Notes under the pieces: model-generated
Databases searched by the model: none
What the model saw: the letters and a program-made list of their open reading frames with translations, nothing else
Told to the model about the DNA's origin: nothing
In this document: one piece after another, positions 47,220-64,000 of the stretch
Numbering within the stretch: position 1 is the first letter of the stretch
Layout of the letters: each line of letters begins with the position of its first letter
Source of the DNA: Monocercomonoides exilis PA203
Lineage: Eukaryota > Protista > Preaxostyla
NCBI GenBank assembly: GCA_001643675.2
Contig: LSRY02000001.1
Location: forward strand, 1,736,001-1,800,000
Length of the DNA: 64,000 nucleotides
Direction: 5' to 3'
Program-made: the position numbers and the translations under genes

Positions 47220-50200
47220 TTAATGTCTGTATCCTCCACTACCGCCGCTTCTGCTGTATCCTCCACTCGATCCACCTCCTCCATACCCACCTCCGAAACC
47301 AGAACTTCTTCCTCCGCTGCCTCCTCCTCCTCCTCCATATCGACCATGTCCACCACCGCCACTGCTTCTTCCATAGCCTCCTCCTCCTCTTTCACTGCTT
47401 CTGCCTCCACTTCCACTGCCAAAACCTCCTCCGCCACCGCCACTTCTCCCATTGCCACTTCCAAATCCTCCGCCAAATCTTCCTCTTCCACCGCTCACAG
47501 CTGAATCCTCTTCTCTAACGCGTAGTTTTGGCAGCTCTGTGACAGTTGTTAGAGACAAAAAGCGATGAGTGGCAAATGCTCTGATAAACGTATCTGTGTT
47601 TTCAGACGGAACATCAAAAACAGCCGATCGCAGATCCGCACAAAGTCTCATGTGCTGCACTGAATCGATCATTTCTGGTGGGAGCAAAGCACGAAGATTG
47701 GACCACACATACCCAGGCGACTGGATCTGGAAGGGCTTCTCCTGCCTTGCGGCGGCGGCTGCTGCAGCTGCAGAGGAGAAGCGCTGACTCACAGAAGGCT
47801 GGCGCTCCTTCACAGCAAAGAACAGAGTTGTAAGTCCAGCTGCGCTTGTAATGAGAGATCGCATTTTGATGGGTTTTGAATAACCAGCTATCAATGCAAT
47901 CGCACGAGATAGTACTGTCAGCATGTTCCTCTGCACTTTCTTCATCTCACGCCGTTCCTTTTTCGTTGTTTTGTCCTTTGCAGCAACATCATCATCTTTC
48001 TTTTCCTTTTCCTCTTTCTCTTTGCCTTCTTCCGCTTCTTCTTCATTATTTTCTTCTTCCTCAGCATCCTCATCGTCTGTATCGTCTTCTTCCTCTTCAT
48101 CCTCTTCTTTATCAGCTTCATCCCATTTAAACAGAGCAAGCTGTCTTTCCAACCTTTCCTCCTCTTCTTCCTCACTCAGCTTCTCGCCTTCATTCAGCCC
48201 AGTTCCCATCACCTGCATCACCTCCTCCCAGTTCTTCACCAGCGACCGCGCAACAGATTTGAAGAACGGAACCAGCGAACCCGAAACAGCCACAATCTGC
48301 TCTGCCGCATCTCTTCCTGCAGCTCTCATCATTTGTGCAACCGAAGGCGCAGAAATGTGCTCGAACCGAATCGCGCTCTGTCGTTCCACCATCGCCAGGC
48401 GGTACTCGTCTGTCTGGTTGTACAGCACAATGCATGTGCCTCCTCGTCCACACCGTCCTGTTCTCCCCGAGCGATGCACGTATGTCTCTGTATCTGTCGG
48501 TGCATGCGTCACAATAATCAGATCCACTTGCGGAATATCAATACCTCGCGCTGCCACATCAGTAGCAATCAGCACTGCAATATTGCCCATCCTAAACGAC
48601 TGCAGCGTCTGTTCTCTCTGTGCCTGGGCAATGTCACCATGCAACGGCTGACAGCGGAAAGACTTCAACTCGGCGCACACACACAGCTCATTCGCCTCGG
48701 CCTTCTGGTCGCAGAAGATGATGCATCGCCTGTGGATTCCTCCAAAGGCCTTCAAACAGTCTCCGATAATTCCGCTCCGCTCTGCTCGTGAGGCCTTCAT
48801 TGCATAGTGCTTCACACGCGATGGAGTGGCCAACACACCCGATCCCACGAGATCAACCCACACTGAATTGGGCTTCGGACGCAGAAAGTGCCGGCACAGA
48901 CGGTTGACCCACGGCGGCAACGTGGCCGAGAACAAAAGGATCTGTGGTCCAAAACGCTCAGCGGAGAGGTTAACAGAGGTAGAAGTTGGGCCTTGTGAAT
49001 AAGGAGATGAGGAGGAGGAAGAAGAAGATCTGAAGGGAATTGGAGGTGGCGATGGAGATGGAGCAGGTGGAGGTGGGCTCTGCGCTGGATCGGGCCATCC
49101 AAAGAATGCTCTGTCATGGTCATTCTCACCTTCTCCGTCTTTTTTGCCGCTGTTTGAAGCATCCTGAGGTAATCCAAAGGCGAATCCCATTATCTTCTCC
49201 ACATCTGGCATGAACCCAAAATCCAACATCCTGTCAATCTCGTCAATTGCAAAGAACTCTAAGCACAATGGCTTCTCCTTTTTCCCTTTGTCGCCGCTTT
49301 CTTCTCCTGCAAAAGAATGTCTTGAGCTCGAGCTGCTGTCACTTGGGTCTTTCCACAGGCAGATGCTTCTTCGTTCGATCAGATCTATAAGTCGACCAGG
49401 AGTCGCAACAACAACATCTGCTCCACTGGATATCATCCGGGACTGCTCCACGATTGATGTTCCTCCATACACCGTTGCCACCGACAGCGCAGCCTGTTTG
49501 TGGCTTCCCAGACGTTCAGGTGAAAGCGAAGGATCCGAGGACACTGCATACTGTGGCTCTTCCTGAACAACCCCAGCTGACCCAGTGGAAGAAGAAGAAG
49601 AAGAAGAAGAAGAGAATGAAGGCTTCACGATTTTTGGTCGACGTGCAATTATTGCGCTTGTGGGAGGTACGCCTTTTATAATTGATTCAAATTCTCGCCC
49701 TATTTGTATGGCAAGCTCTCTGGTGGGTGCAAGAACAAGAACGTGAGGAACAACACCACGGGATGTTCTACGTTTGCTTTTTTCTTCCCTCCATTCCTTT
49801 TCGTTCAATAATTTCTTTTTGAGGACTTCGACAATTGGAACTAAATGAATGCAAAATACAATTTTTTAATTCGCAATAAAGGACAAGAAAATTTCAACGG
49901 CAAACTTACAAATGCCAGAGTCTTTCCTGAACCGGTTAATGCTCGGCCAACAAGATCAACTCCATTCATAACGTGATCAAAAGTTGCCTCTTGAATTGGG
50001 AAAAGTGATTCAATTCCACGAGCCTTTAAACACATCTTTGTATGATCGCATAACTTTTCAAAAGCAGTTTTTTTCGCATTTTCAGTAACTAAGAGAAAAT
50101 TCGAAATTAAATTTCAAAATTTTTATAACAAAGAAATAAAACAAAATTTTCACATTTTATTAAAAATACCTTTACTCTCTGTTTTTACTGAATCATTAAT

Positions 50201-50398
50201 TTCGTCTTTCTTCCGCTTTGAATCTGTTTTCAGTGAGGATTCGTCCGTTTTTTTACTTTTACTTGATTTTGAATGTTTCTTTTCCGTTTGTTTCTCAGCT
50301 TCATCGCGCTTTGCCTTTTGTGGTTTTTCATATGCATCAAATTCGCTTATGTCATTTAATTTGAAAGGAGTATTTTCCTTTTCGCGCTGTTTAGGCAT
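47220..50398 (-). CDS. DDX21: Nucleolar DEAD-box RNA helicase, DDX21/DDX50/RH7 type, with GUCT-like domain and RGG tail
   Basis: Exons 50398-50170, 50088-49906, 49840-47220. Q motif LFPIQ, TGSGKT, PTRELA, TPGR, DEID, SAT, ARGID, HRSGRTGR, AVFDVP, and a Gly/Arg-rich C-terminus. Confidence 0.9.
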
Positions 50399-50553
50399 TT
50401 ACTCAGTATAAAAATATGACGAATGGTTGTTCGATCATACACGAAGGTTTCAAAAACATAATTTTGGAATAATAACATTAATATTATTTGAAGGAATCCC
50501 TTCAGTGAAGTTTTTCAGCAATGAGAAGATCAATTTATCTGTATTAAATTATA

Positions 50554-51029
50554 ATGGAGTATAAAAATAGTTCGATTTCTCCCGATGAAAGGTTAAGATT
50601 AATTCTATCAAACATAAAAGAATGGTCGAACCATCATGTAAGCTGCCATTGTGAATCTGAAGACAAACCAGTTACTGACGCAGAATCGAAAGAATACAAA
50701 ACAATTAGTTTTGCTATCGAGAGTTTGCATATTTTTGGGTTTATATCCAATTGCTTTGATATAATGATAATATGTTAAGATAATAGATTGGATTATTTGA
50801 AGGAAAAGCAAGCTGGAAGATCATTTGAATCAGAATATCCAAACAAGTGGATTGCTTATGATTCAGGCAAAGTTGTAAATTTTTCAGAAGTGTATGCTTT
50901 CAATTAACATTTATCATTTTTAATAATTATATTTCTAGTTTTGAAGAATGTATATTTGAATCACCTGAAACTTCTTTCGTTGTCTATCCTTCAAATGAAG
51001 CAATGGCTCCTCCAGGAATCATAGAGTGA
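50554..51029 (+). CDS. Small protein (123 aa, 3 exons) with a DUF5678-like segment
   Basis: Exons 50554-50722, 50780-50891 and 50939-51029 total 372 nt in frame. Segment NNRLDYLKEK...SEYPNKWIAYDSGKVVNFSEVFEEC...SFVVYP. Confidence 0.6.
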
Positions 51030-51832
51030 TTCTTTTATAACATACATCGCAAATTTACATTGTTAATAATATTCATGCTTTTTTGTTCATGAGCTTCAAA
51101 GATTTTAGAAGTAGTTCTTTATTGAACAGATTCATTGAACTTTTCGTTTTTACTGGAGAATTGATCAGTAATACTTGTCTCACTGTATCTATAGGCTGAC
51201 TACAATTGGTGCTATTACAATAACAATTGTCACATCAAGAAAACTCGTGTCATTCTATACCAAGATTTTTTATTTTTTTGAGTTAATAATTATTTTTCAT
51301 TATTTCCTTTGCGTTGAAAAATGGTTTTTCATCTAAATTTGTTGAAAGTTTAGCAAACAATAATGCATTTCAAGCAACTTCAATGCATTAAGCATTTATG
51401 AAATAATTCTATTTTTAATTGAAAGATATTACGAAAAATGAAGTTGACAAATGTTATTATCTTTGAGTTTTGTGCAAACAAAATAAAAAATAAAACAAAG
51501 AAATGAACATCACAAATTCTACAATCAAAATATTTGAATTCAAGTCTTTTCATGTAAACTATGAACAGATGAATTTAAAATATTCTTAGCAATTTCAAAA
51601 AAGAAAGAACCTCAAACAAAAAAGCCAAACAACAACTTCAAAAAATAAATAAATAAATAAATAAATAAAAAATACTGCAATTACTCATGCTATCATGAAT
51701 AAAAATTCACTTCAAACAGAATAATGGAGTTTTTGAAAAATAACCACTCTAATTATCTATTTCAAATAATTAAAATTTAATATCAATTATTTTTAGAAGT
51801 CTAAAAAACAATTTACAGTTAATTCAAAATGT

Positions 51833-53179
51833 TCATCTTTCTTGGCTTCGGAGTAAAGGTTGTCGATATGAATGGGACTCATCCTTCATTTGCCCATACG
51901 GAGCTGTTGCATTTGCTCCTTCTGAATCTGGATCAATTTTTGTCGAAGAAGATTTAGCCGAATCTGATGAAGAAGTTGCAACAGATGGAGGGCTTGGCTG
52001 GTAAAGATGAATTGCAATAAATACACCAACAAAAGAAAGCGTTTCAACAACTTCCGTAAGAAAGATACCAAAAAATCGCATTACGAAATAGTTTCCGCTA
52101 ATAACATTTAAATCATTTAATAAAAGATATGAAGAAAAGATATTATTGAAATTTTCAGAAAATATATTTTTCGACAAAAATAATAATAATTGGATATTCA
52201 ATAAAAAAGAAGAAAGCGCAAAAATAAAATGAAAGAAGAATAATTCAAATAAACAGTCTGAAGCCAATTTCTCTTTATTGCATTTTACAAACCAATCATT
52301 GATATCATCTTGCAGGCAAATATCTAACTGCTTTTTTGCAAGCCCAAGAGAAACACTTCCGTTGCATATATCCACAATACTGCTAATTACTTGAAACAAA
52401 AAGGAGCACGTCATCACAAGAAGCATAATAAGAAGTAAAAGCATTTTTTTAGCAGCAATTTTGATCAACTCAGATTTCAAGCGTGACTTAAAAAATTTGT
52501 ATGTGAGCTGAAAGACAATAATTGTGAAAATAAGCATCATTATAAATAATGCAATGTTAAATATCAGCAATGTAATATTTGATCCAGTTACAAAACTCTG
52601 AGTTCCTGAAGTCACAAACTAAAATTTAAAAAATTTATAAAAATTAAATACAATCGTTTAATTTGAAATATCGCACACCATTGAACAAAATTTCAATATG
52701 TGATAAAGAATAATCAAAACAAATACAAAAATGTAAATTAAAACTTGAGTAACAGTTTTGTGTGTATGATTTTTAATTTTCGGGAATGCTGTAGCACTCC
52801 CCAGCCACATTGCACTAAAATACCACATTAAATAATACGGTGCTTTGTACATTGTATGACATACATAAACCCATGCTTCATTCGAAATTGGCAAAGGAAC
52901 AACAATGTAAAAACATCTTTGAACAAAGAAAAGAAAAGTGCAAATAAGTGATAGTTTCTTTTGTATATCGCTCTTCAGTGAGGTTATTTTTAATTCATCA
53001 ATGATTAGATAAGTACATGACAAAAGTCCAATAAAAAAGAAGATAAAAAGACCAATCATTCCACCACTTCCATGTCCGTAAAGATCTATGTCATTTTAAT
53101 TATTATTTTTTATAAAGAAAACTGCAGTATAAAGCAAACTTGGGAAATTATGAATAAAAACTTCTTCTTTCAATTTCAT
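51833..53179 (-). CDS. Seven-transmembrane protein, THH1/TOM1/GPR137-like
   Basis: Likely start at 53179 (MKLKEEVF), spliced to NLYGHGSGGMIGLFIFF; intron 52619-52678; seven hydrophobic helices and a Ser-rich cytosolic tail. A possible further in-frame intron near 52100-52255 is unresolved. Confidence 0.65.
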
Positions 53180-53409
53180 GAAACGAAAGATGATTTTCCA
53201 ATGAAATGATTAAATAATGGTTATAAAACAGAAAAATTTTTTAAATTTTGTTTTATATTTTTAAAATAATGAGGTACTTTTTATTTTTAGAAAAATACTT
53301 TTTCTATTAATATAGAGAAAAATGGTTATAAATTCATCATGTTAACAATTTATTTAAACAAAAATGAAAAATCACAATATGAATGAAATGTGGAAAAAAA
53401 AAGCTTTGT

Positions 53410-53781
53410 TTATGCATTTGACATGTATTTTGTCACAGATTTTGTTCCCTCAGAAACAGCGTGCTTTGCAAGTTCACCAGGAAGAAGTAAACGAACAGCT
53501 GTTTGAATCTCCCGAGATGTGAGAGTGTGACGGTTGTTATAACGAGCAAGACGAGATGCTTCAGTTGCGATTCTTTCGAAGATATCATTGATGAAAGAAT
53601 TCATGATTGCCATGGCGCGATTTGAGATTCCAGTTTCTGGGTGAACAGACTTCAACACACGGTAAATGTAGCTGGAATAGGTCTCATGACGCTTCTTCTT
53701 TCTCTCTTTCTTATCTCCAGCAACTTTTGCTGCTTTGTCAACTTTGGGAACTGGTTTTGTTTCAGTGTTAACTTGAGACAT
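53410..53781 (-). CDS. H2B: Histone H2B
   Basis: [82 protein letters not shown]. Confidence 0.99.
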   Translation of the reverse strand: MSQVNTETKPVPKVDKAAKVAGDKKERKKKRHETYSSYIYRVLKSVHPETGISNRAMAIMNSFINDIFERIATEASRLARYNNRHTLTSREIQTAVRLLLPGELAKHAVSEGTKSVTKYMSNA

Positions 53782-55637
53782 TAATAATAATTAAATATTT
53801 ACAAAAATATTTATTGAAAAACAAAATTTGATGATCATATTTATAATAAATCAAAAACAATTTCTGACTTTTAGTGCACAAAAATATATATTTTATGTTG
53901 GGATAAAGATCAATATTTCTTAAAAAAGTTTTTCCTTCTTCATTTTGTTTTTTTATTTTCATTACCATGTCTTGCGTTATTTTCCATAAAAAAGTGTAAA
54001 TATAGAAACAATATAAAAAAATATTTATCATGATAGTCAGTCTTTTTTCAAAATTTTGTGAATTTTTTTGAATATTTAAAAGAATTCATATGATTGATTG
54101 TGTTTTCAAATTTGCAAAGCTCTCCAGGATATAATCATTGAATGAATTATTCACCTTGAAATAAAATCAAAATTGAAAATTAATATTTTGTTTTTCATTG
54201 ATTCAAGCAAAATACTCTTGAAATTCTCTAAAAGAATGTTATAATTGCACTTGAGAAAAGGATAAACCAATATCAATTTATTGTTTTTTTGTTATTTGAA
54301 AGTTTTCTTTCTTTTTAATTTTTTACCTGGAACACACTAAACAATAACAGAATTCATTTTTCGTAAAAAATGTAAACATTGATATAATTGTATCAATATT
54401 AATAACAATAAAAATTAGTTTGACAACCTTTTGAAGGATATACAAAACCAAACATTTGTTATAATCAAAAATTATTGAAAAATCCTTTCAAAGAAAAATA
54501 AAAATAAAACATCTGAATTTTGAAGTGTTAAAAGAAAAATGTGATGTTTGAACTGAAGACGACTTTAAACTCCAGAACTTTAATTTTCTTATAAATCAAA
54601 AAGAAATAACGCTTAATTATCAATAGTCATTAAAGGGAACACTGGACAAATTATCCAATGCTCAACGAATCTCATCAAAAATCCACTTGTCACAAACGAC
54701 GCAAGCGCAATTTGATAAAAATGTAAATAAAATAAAAATAAAAATTTTAAATGAATTGAAGAAAGTTAAGAAATATTTGTGAAGATTCAATTTATCGATT
54801 ATGACTATTTTTTTTTTAAAATCTCAAAATGTCACATTCAAAAAAAAAAACAAGAGAGAGAGAGAGAGAGAAAGAGAGAAAGAGAGAGTGAGTGAGTTAG
54901 AGAGAGCGAGCGAGAAGAAGAAGAAGAAAGAAAAAAAGAAAGGAAAATACACATGAAAGAAATGCAGTTGTTAAAAAAAAATACTTTTAACAACAAACAA
55001 CAAAACCAGTTAAAAAAGCATGTTCGTGCAAAATGGCACAAAAGAGCTTTAAAAAAGCTATCTATACAAAAAAAAGAATATTTATGCTTTTATTTAATTT
55101 CTTTCTTCGACTTTTTTTTTTACGTTTTTTTTTAAAAAAAAAGAAGAAGAAAGAGGAAGAGGAAGAGGAAGAGGAAGAGGAAGAAGAGGAAGAAGAGGAA
55201 GAAGAGGAAGAGGAAGAAGAAAACAAAACAAAACAAAACAAAATTATTAATAGAAGCATTCACAAGTGAAGACACAAAGAGTATTAATTTATAAATTTTA
55301 TAATTCGATAATCGTTCCATTCCTCATAAAAACAATCAAAAATTCAAAAATACAAAACAAAACAAAATTTGAAAAAATGATTTTTTTAAAAAAAAAAGAA
55401 AGAAAAGAATCAAATAAAATAAAATAAAATAAAACAACCCATCAAAAAGGAATTACAAAATTCTGTTCTTTAACTGCCTTCGCTCTTTAGCGAATTTGTT
55501 AAAAGCAGAATGTCTTTTCTTTTAACTGACAACCTCAATTATAAGCATTTTCAGTGTTCTCCTCATCGTTAAACCGATTTTTCCTCCTCTTTCTTTTTCT
55601 CTTCTTCTTCTCCTCCTTTTCCATCCTTCCAGCCAAT

Positions 55638-60700
<5,063 letters not shown>

Positions 60701-61049
60701 TGACAAAGTTTGCCTCAAAATGTTGTTGATCAAACCGTCAACAATATACATTTTCAACTGATGAAATGACAATTTTTTTGAAAAAAACTGAAAGATGAAC
60801 AATCATGTCAATTGGCACATAGGAATCAGATAGAAATATTTGAATTTTTCAAAATGTGAGTTATTTTCCTTTGAGACGATGTGATGGAATCTGAAATAAT
60901 CTTATTCTTAAAGCAAAGAATATTTGTTGTCCAAATTGAATGCATCTTCGTTCTTGTTGAAGATTAACAAACATATGATGCCTTTTTTTTCCAAAAAAAC
61001 ATCACTTTAAGCATCCTCTTATTTCACATATCATTGCTTATCAATTTCT

Positions 61050-63960
61050 TTTATTTCAACTGCTTTGTCTGCTGATGATCTCAGTTCCACTTCTTCACAA
61101 TGTACGATATTTAAAAAATGCAGATAAATAATCAGTTTTTTTCGAAGGGGACATGAAATCTACACATTGATCGACTGAAATCGAATCTTCGGATGTTTCG
61201 GCAAAGCCTGCATAACGCACATCTTCGGAGAAATGCATAGCATCGAGAGACGTCATTGAATTATGGAAATTTGCTCTTTCGAGCAGAAAGAGAAAAAAAA
61301 CGATTTTCATGAGATACACAGAATTCATTAATTATTTCGGAAACATGAAAAATAAAAAGATGTGGCTGAGGATGTTGAAGAAAAAGGAATTAGTTCTGCA
61401 AATGAAGAAGAAAAACAAGAATTGCTTGTTTCATTGTGCATTTCTTTTGATGAGGTATTTGTTTATTGTTCGAGAAGACCTGTTTCCAACACTTCGAGAT
61501 GTTTCAGCGCAGATGCGAGCAGACGATGGGCTGTTGATTGCACCGGTGAAAGAATACAAGCACTGTTTGTCATTGTCCTCTTCACATGCACACAGAAAGG
61601 GCTTTTGACACGAAGATATGAAGCCTGGTGACAAATTGAATCTGCCAGCGAAATGAGTCCATATCTCGTTTCAAGCAACTCTAATTGCTCAATATTCTTC
61701 TTCTTCTTCTTCTGTTTATTCAGCGACAAATGAAGAATTGAGGCGAGATTAATTCTGAGCTGAGGTTTTCTTTTCCTTTTATCTATATGATTTCAATTTC
61801 GCTGTATCCATCACAAAGAGGAAACAGAGATCAAAGCTCCACATCAGGCGTCTCTTTTCAATCGGTGTGTGGAAGCGATGATGGGCTGTGCAATCAGACA
61901 GAATACAGACACTTGGGCAATGAATTGCATCGCGTTTTGGACACCAACAAAGAGGATTCTATTTCGATGGAAAGCAAACAATGAGATTCTGAAACAGATT
62001 CAGGAGACAAAGTGAGTGCAGCCAAACAAGCTGAGGAGTGAAAGAAATGAGTTACAGATGAACAGGAAAAAAGAAAATACTTTGAAGATCTTTCAGCTTA
62101 TCTTTGATCCAACCACGAAGGCGAAGACCACAAAGATGATTGTTTGCTCGTCACGGAAGATGCCAATTCTCAAAATGCTGTTTGATGATGGGCTTTCTTC
62201 TCTTCTCTCTGTGAAATCTGGTGCAAACTCCTCTGAAACGGCTTGCAAGCTGAAAAGAGAAGACGAACAGCTATTGAGCGACCTAGTATCATTCGTTGAA
62301 GGTTGACTGATGCTCAATCTGCACATGCGCGTGATTGCTGAAGATGCAAAGGACTGCCAATTCATCAGCCAAAGAATAGCACAGTTGACGACTAAGCAGA
62401 AGAAGGCTGAAATGACAGCGGTTGGAACAGAACATTCTTCTGCCTCACTTCGAATGCCTGCTTTTCTGTTTCAATCTTATTATTATCTTCTTCCCTTTCT
62501 TCTTTTTTTGAGAATTCTTCAAATTCTTCAAATTCTTCATTTTCTCGAGTCCTTCAGCATGCAACAGACTTTGCTTCTCCTCTTCAGCACCTCAACAATC
62601 ATTGCTGTCTTTTGACTCACCTATCTTCTCCATCATGATCTTCTTTCCTCTTCCAAGGCTGTTTTTGTTCTCATGATTGTCTTTCTTGTTGAAGTAGGCT
62701 TGCTGATGAGCATCCATTCGAAAGCGATCAACACGATGAACCGTGAAGAAAAAAAGAAATGTTTGAACACAGCATATGAAGATTGCGGAATGCAGTAATG
62801 GGCAATTTGCACACTGGAAGTGAGTGTGCCATCAAGCAGACAGCTGGCGAAAGATACAGAACGGTCAATGAATTGAATGATGGAGACGGTAATGTTTCAA
62901 AGAGCAGCAGAAGATGCTCTGCTAATTCTGCAACAGCGTCTGTATTGAGGATGAGCGGAAGATATATATCAAAAGAGAGAGAATGAGAATGAGAATGTGA
63001 GAAAGAAAAGGTTGAAGCGATCAAAGCACATGGTTGCGATGAAGAAGTTGGTGAAGAAAGAGAATGCGATCGTGATGGGCACCAAGTTGCTGTTCATGTG
63101 GTGCACCATCGAAGCAACCTTGAGAGATGTCCCATTCCACAAAACACCCATTGTCTCAGTTTTCATTATATCCGTCTTTTTCAAACAAATCACGATCGAT
63201 GAAAGTTTCATTAAAAATGTGTTGAAGTTGGCAGTGGGGAAGATAGCTTTTCTTTCTTCTCTCCCTCTCTTCGACTTTTTTCACAGAGCATATCTCAACA
63301 AGAGCGAGAGGAGCTTCATCAAGTGCGCCTGTGATGGGGAAGAGTTTATCACGAACAACAACACAGGAACCTCCTTTGATAATTCATATCCTCTATCTCA
63401 CACACCGAAAAACTTGTCTGAAATGGCGAATGCGACCATCCATTTTAACTAACAGCTCATCTTCACAGCTGGTTTAAGGAGCAAAGAGCACTTCCACAAA
63501 AAGCCTCAGCTGTCTCTTGAGTTGGATGTCAGTCTTGTGTTTAACTTTGCAGACGGGATTTTAACCTTCCACAAACTTCATTTGAAGCTCGAGAGCGGAA
63601 AAGAAGATTTTAAAGGAGAGGCACTGAAGGTTCAAAGGTTGTTCTTGCAGATCTATTCGAACAAACAGAGGGAGAAAGAAAAGAAGGGCTAATTTGTTTT
63701 TGGAAAGGGGAAGAATGCTGTGAGACATTAACAACAAGCAACTTCTTCTTATTTCAATTCGTCTCTATCATTGTTAATTGAACACTCGTCCAACCTGTTT
63801 CACAAAGTGAACATGTTTATATACAGTCACCAAAGACAGGCACTTGGGAGATTTCACAAATTCCTCGTTTTGTGTTCCATTTCTGCTCGCAACTTCAGCT
63901 CAAGTGGACTGAAGAGATGTGGGATCATTTCTTTGTTCGAGGCACCTATCTTGGAATAAT
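61050..63960 (-). pseudogene. Decayed coding-like region of unknown family
   Basis: GC content is higher than in intergenic DNA; protein-like minus-strand fragments (62969-63211, 62728-63024, 62093-62365, 61463-61729, 61095-61328) are broken by stops and frameshifts without clear AT-rich introns. Confidence 0.4.
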
Positions 63961-64000
63961 AACGATAAGGAAATTGAACAGAAGAGGGGAATTATTTGTA

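Noticed and set aside
53340-53409. Replication-dependent histone 3' stem-loop after H2B
   Set aside because: No canonical 16-nt stem-loop is visible.
54400-54730. Slightly GC-richer patch resembling exons
   Set aside because: No start-to-stop splice model or motif found.

Overview
AT-rich eukaryotic protist DNA with short GT-AG spliceosomal introns and the standard genetic code. Gene style and the giant intronless beta-helix/TM/pseudokinase genes resemble the oxymonad Monocercomonoides (inference from family recognition, not a database match). About 14 genes can be reconstructed: two paralogous giant receptor-like pseudokinases (3,007 and 2,583 aa); a TetA-like MFS transporter with a long tail; a secreted CX3CX6-repeat protein; a Dbf2/NDR kinase with a ~1,700-aa disordered tail head-to-head with a Pho80-type cyclin; a short RIB43A-like protein; an ankyrin-DHHC palmitoyltransferase; ESS2; a DDX21-like helicase; a small DUF5678-like gene; a 7-TM protein; histone H2B; and a prominin/tweety-like 5-TM protein. 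A decayed coding region occupies the right end. Notable non-coding structure: a ~590-bp near-gapless foldback, a ~210-bp MITE-like inverted repeat, and a GA microsatellite with an identical 27-nt unique tail in introns of two unrelated genes. The most system-like signal is the receptor pseudokinase family, which has a modular, shuffled, divergent ectodomain on a DNA-homogenised, catalytically dead cytoplasmic module. No rRNA, tRNA or CRISPR array was recognised. All exon models and counts were made by hand.
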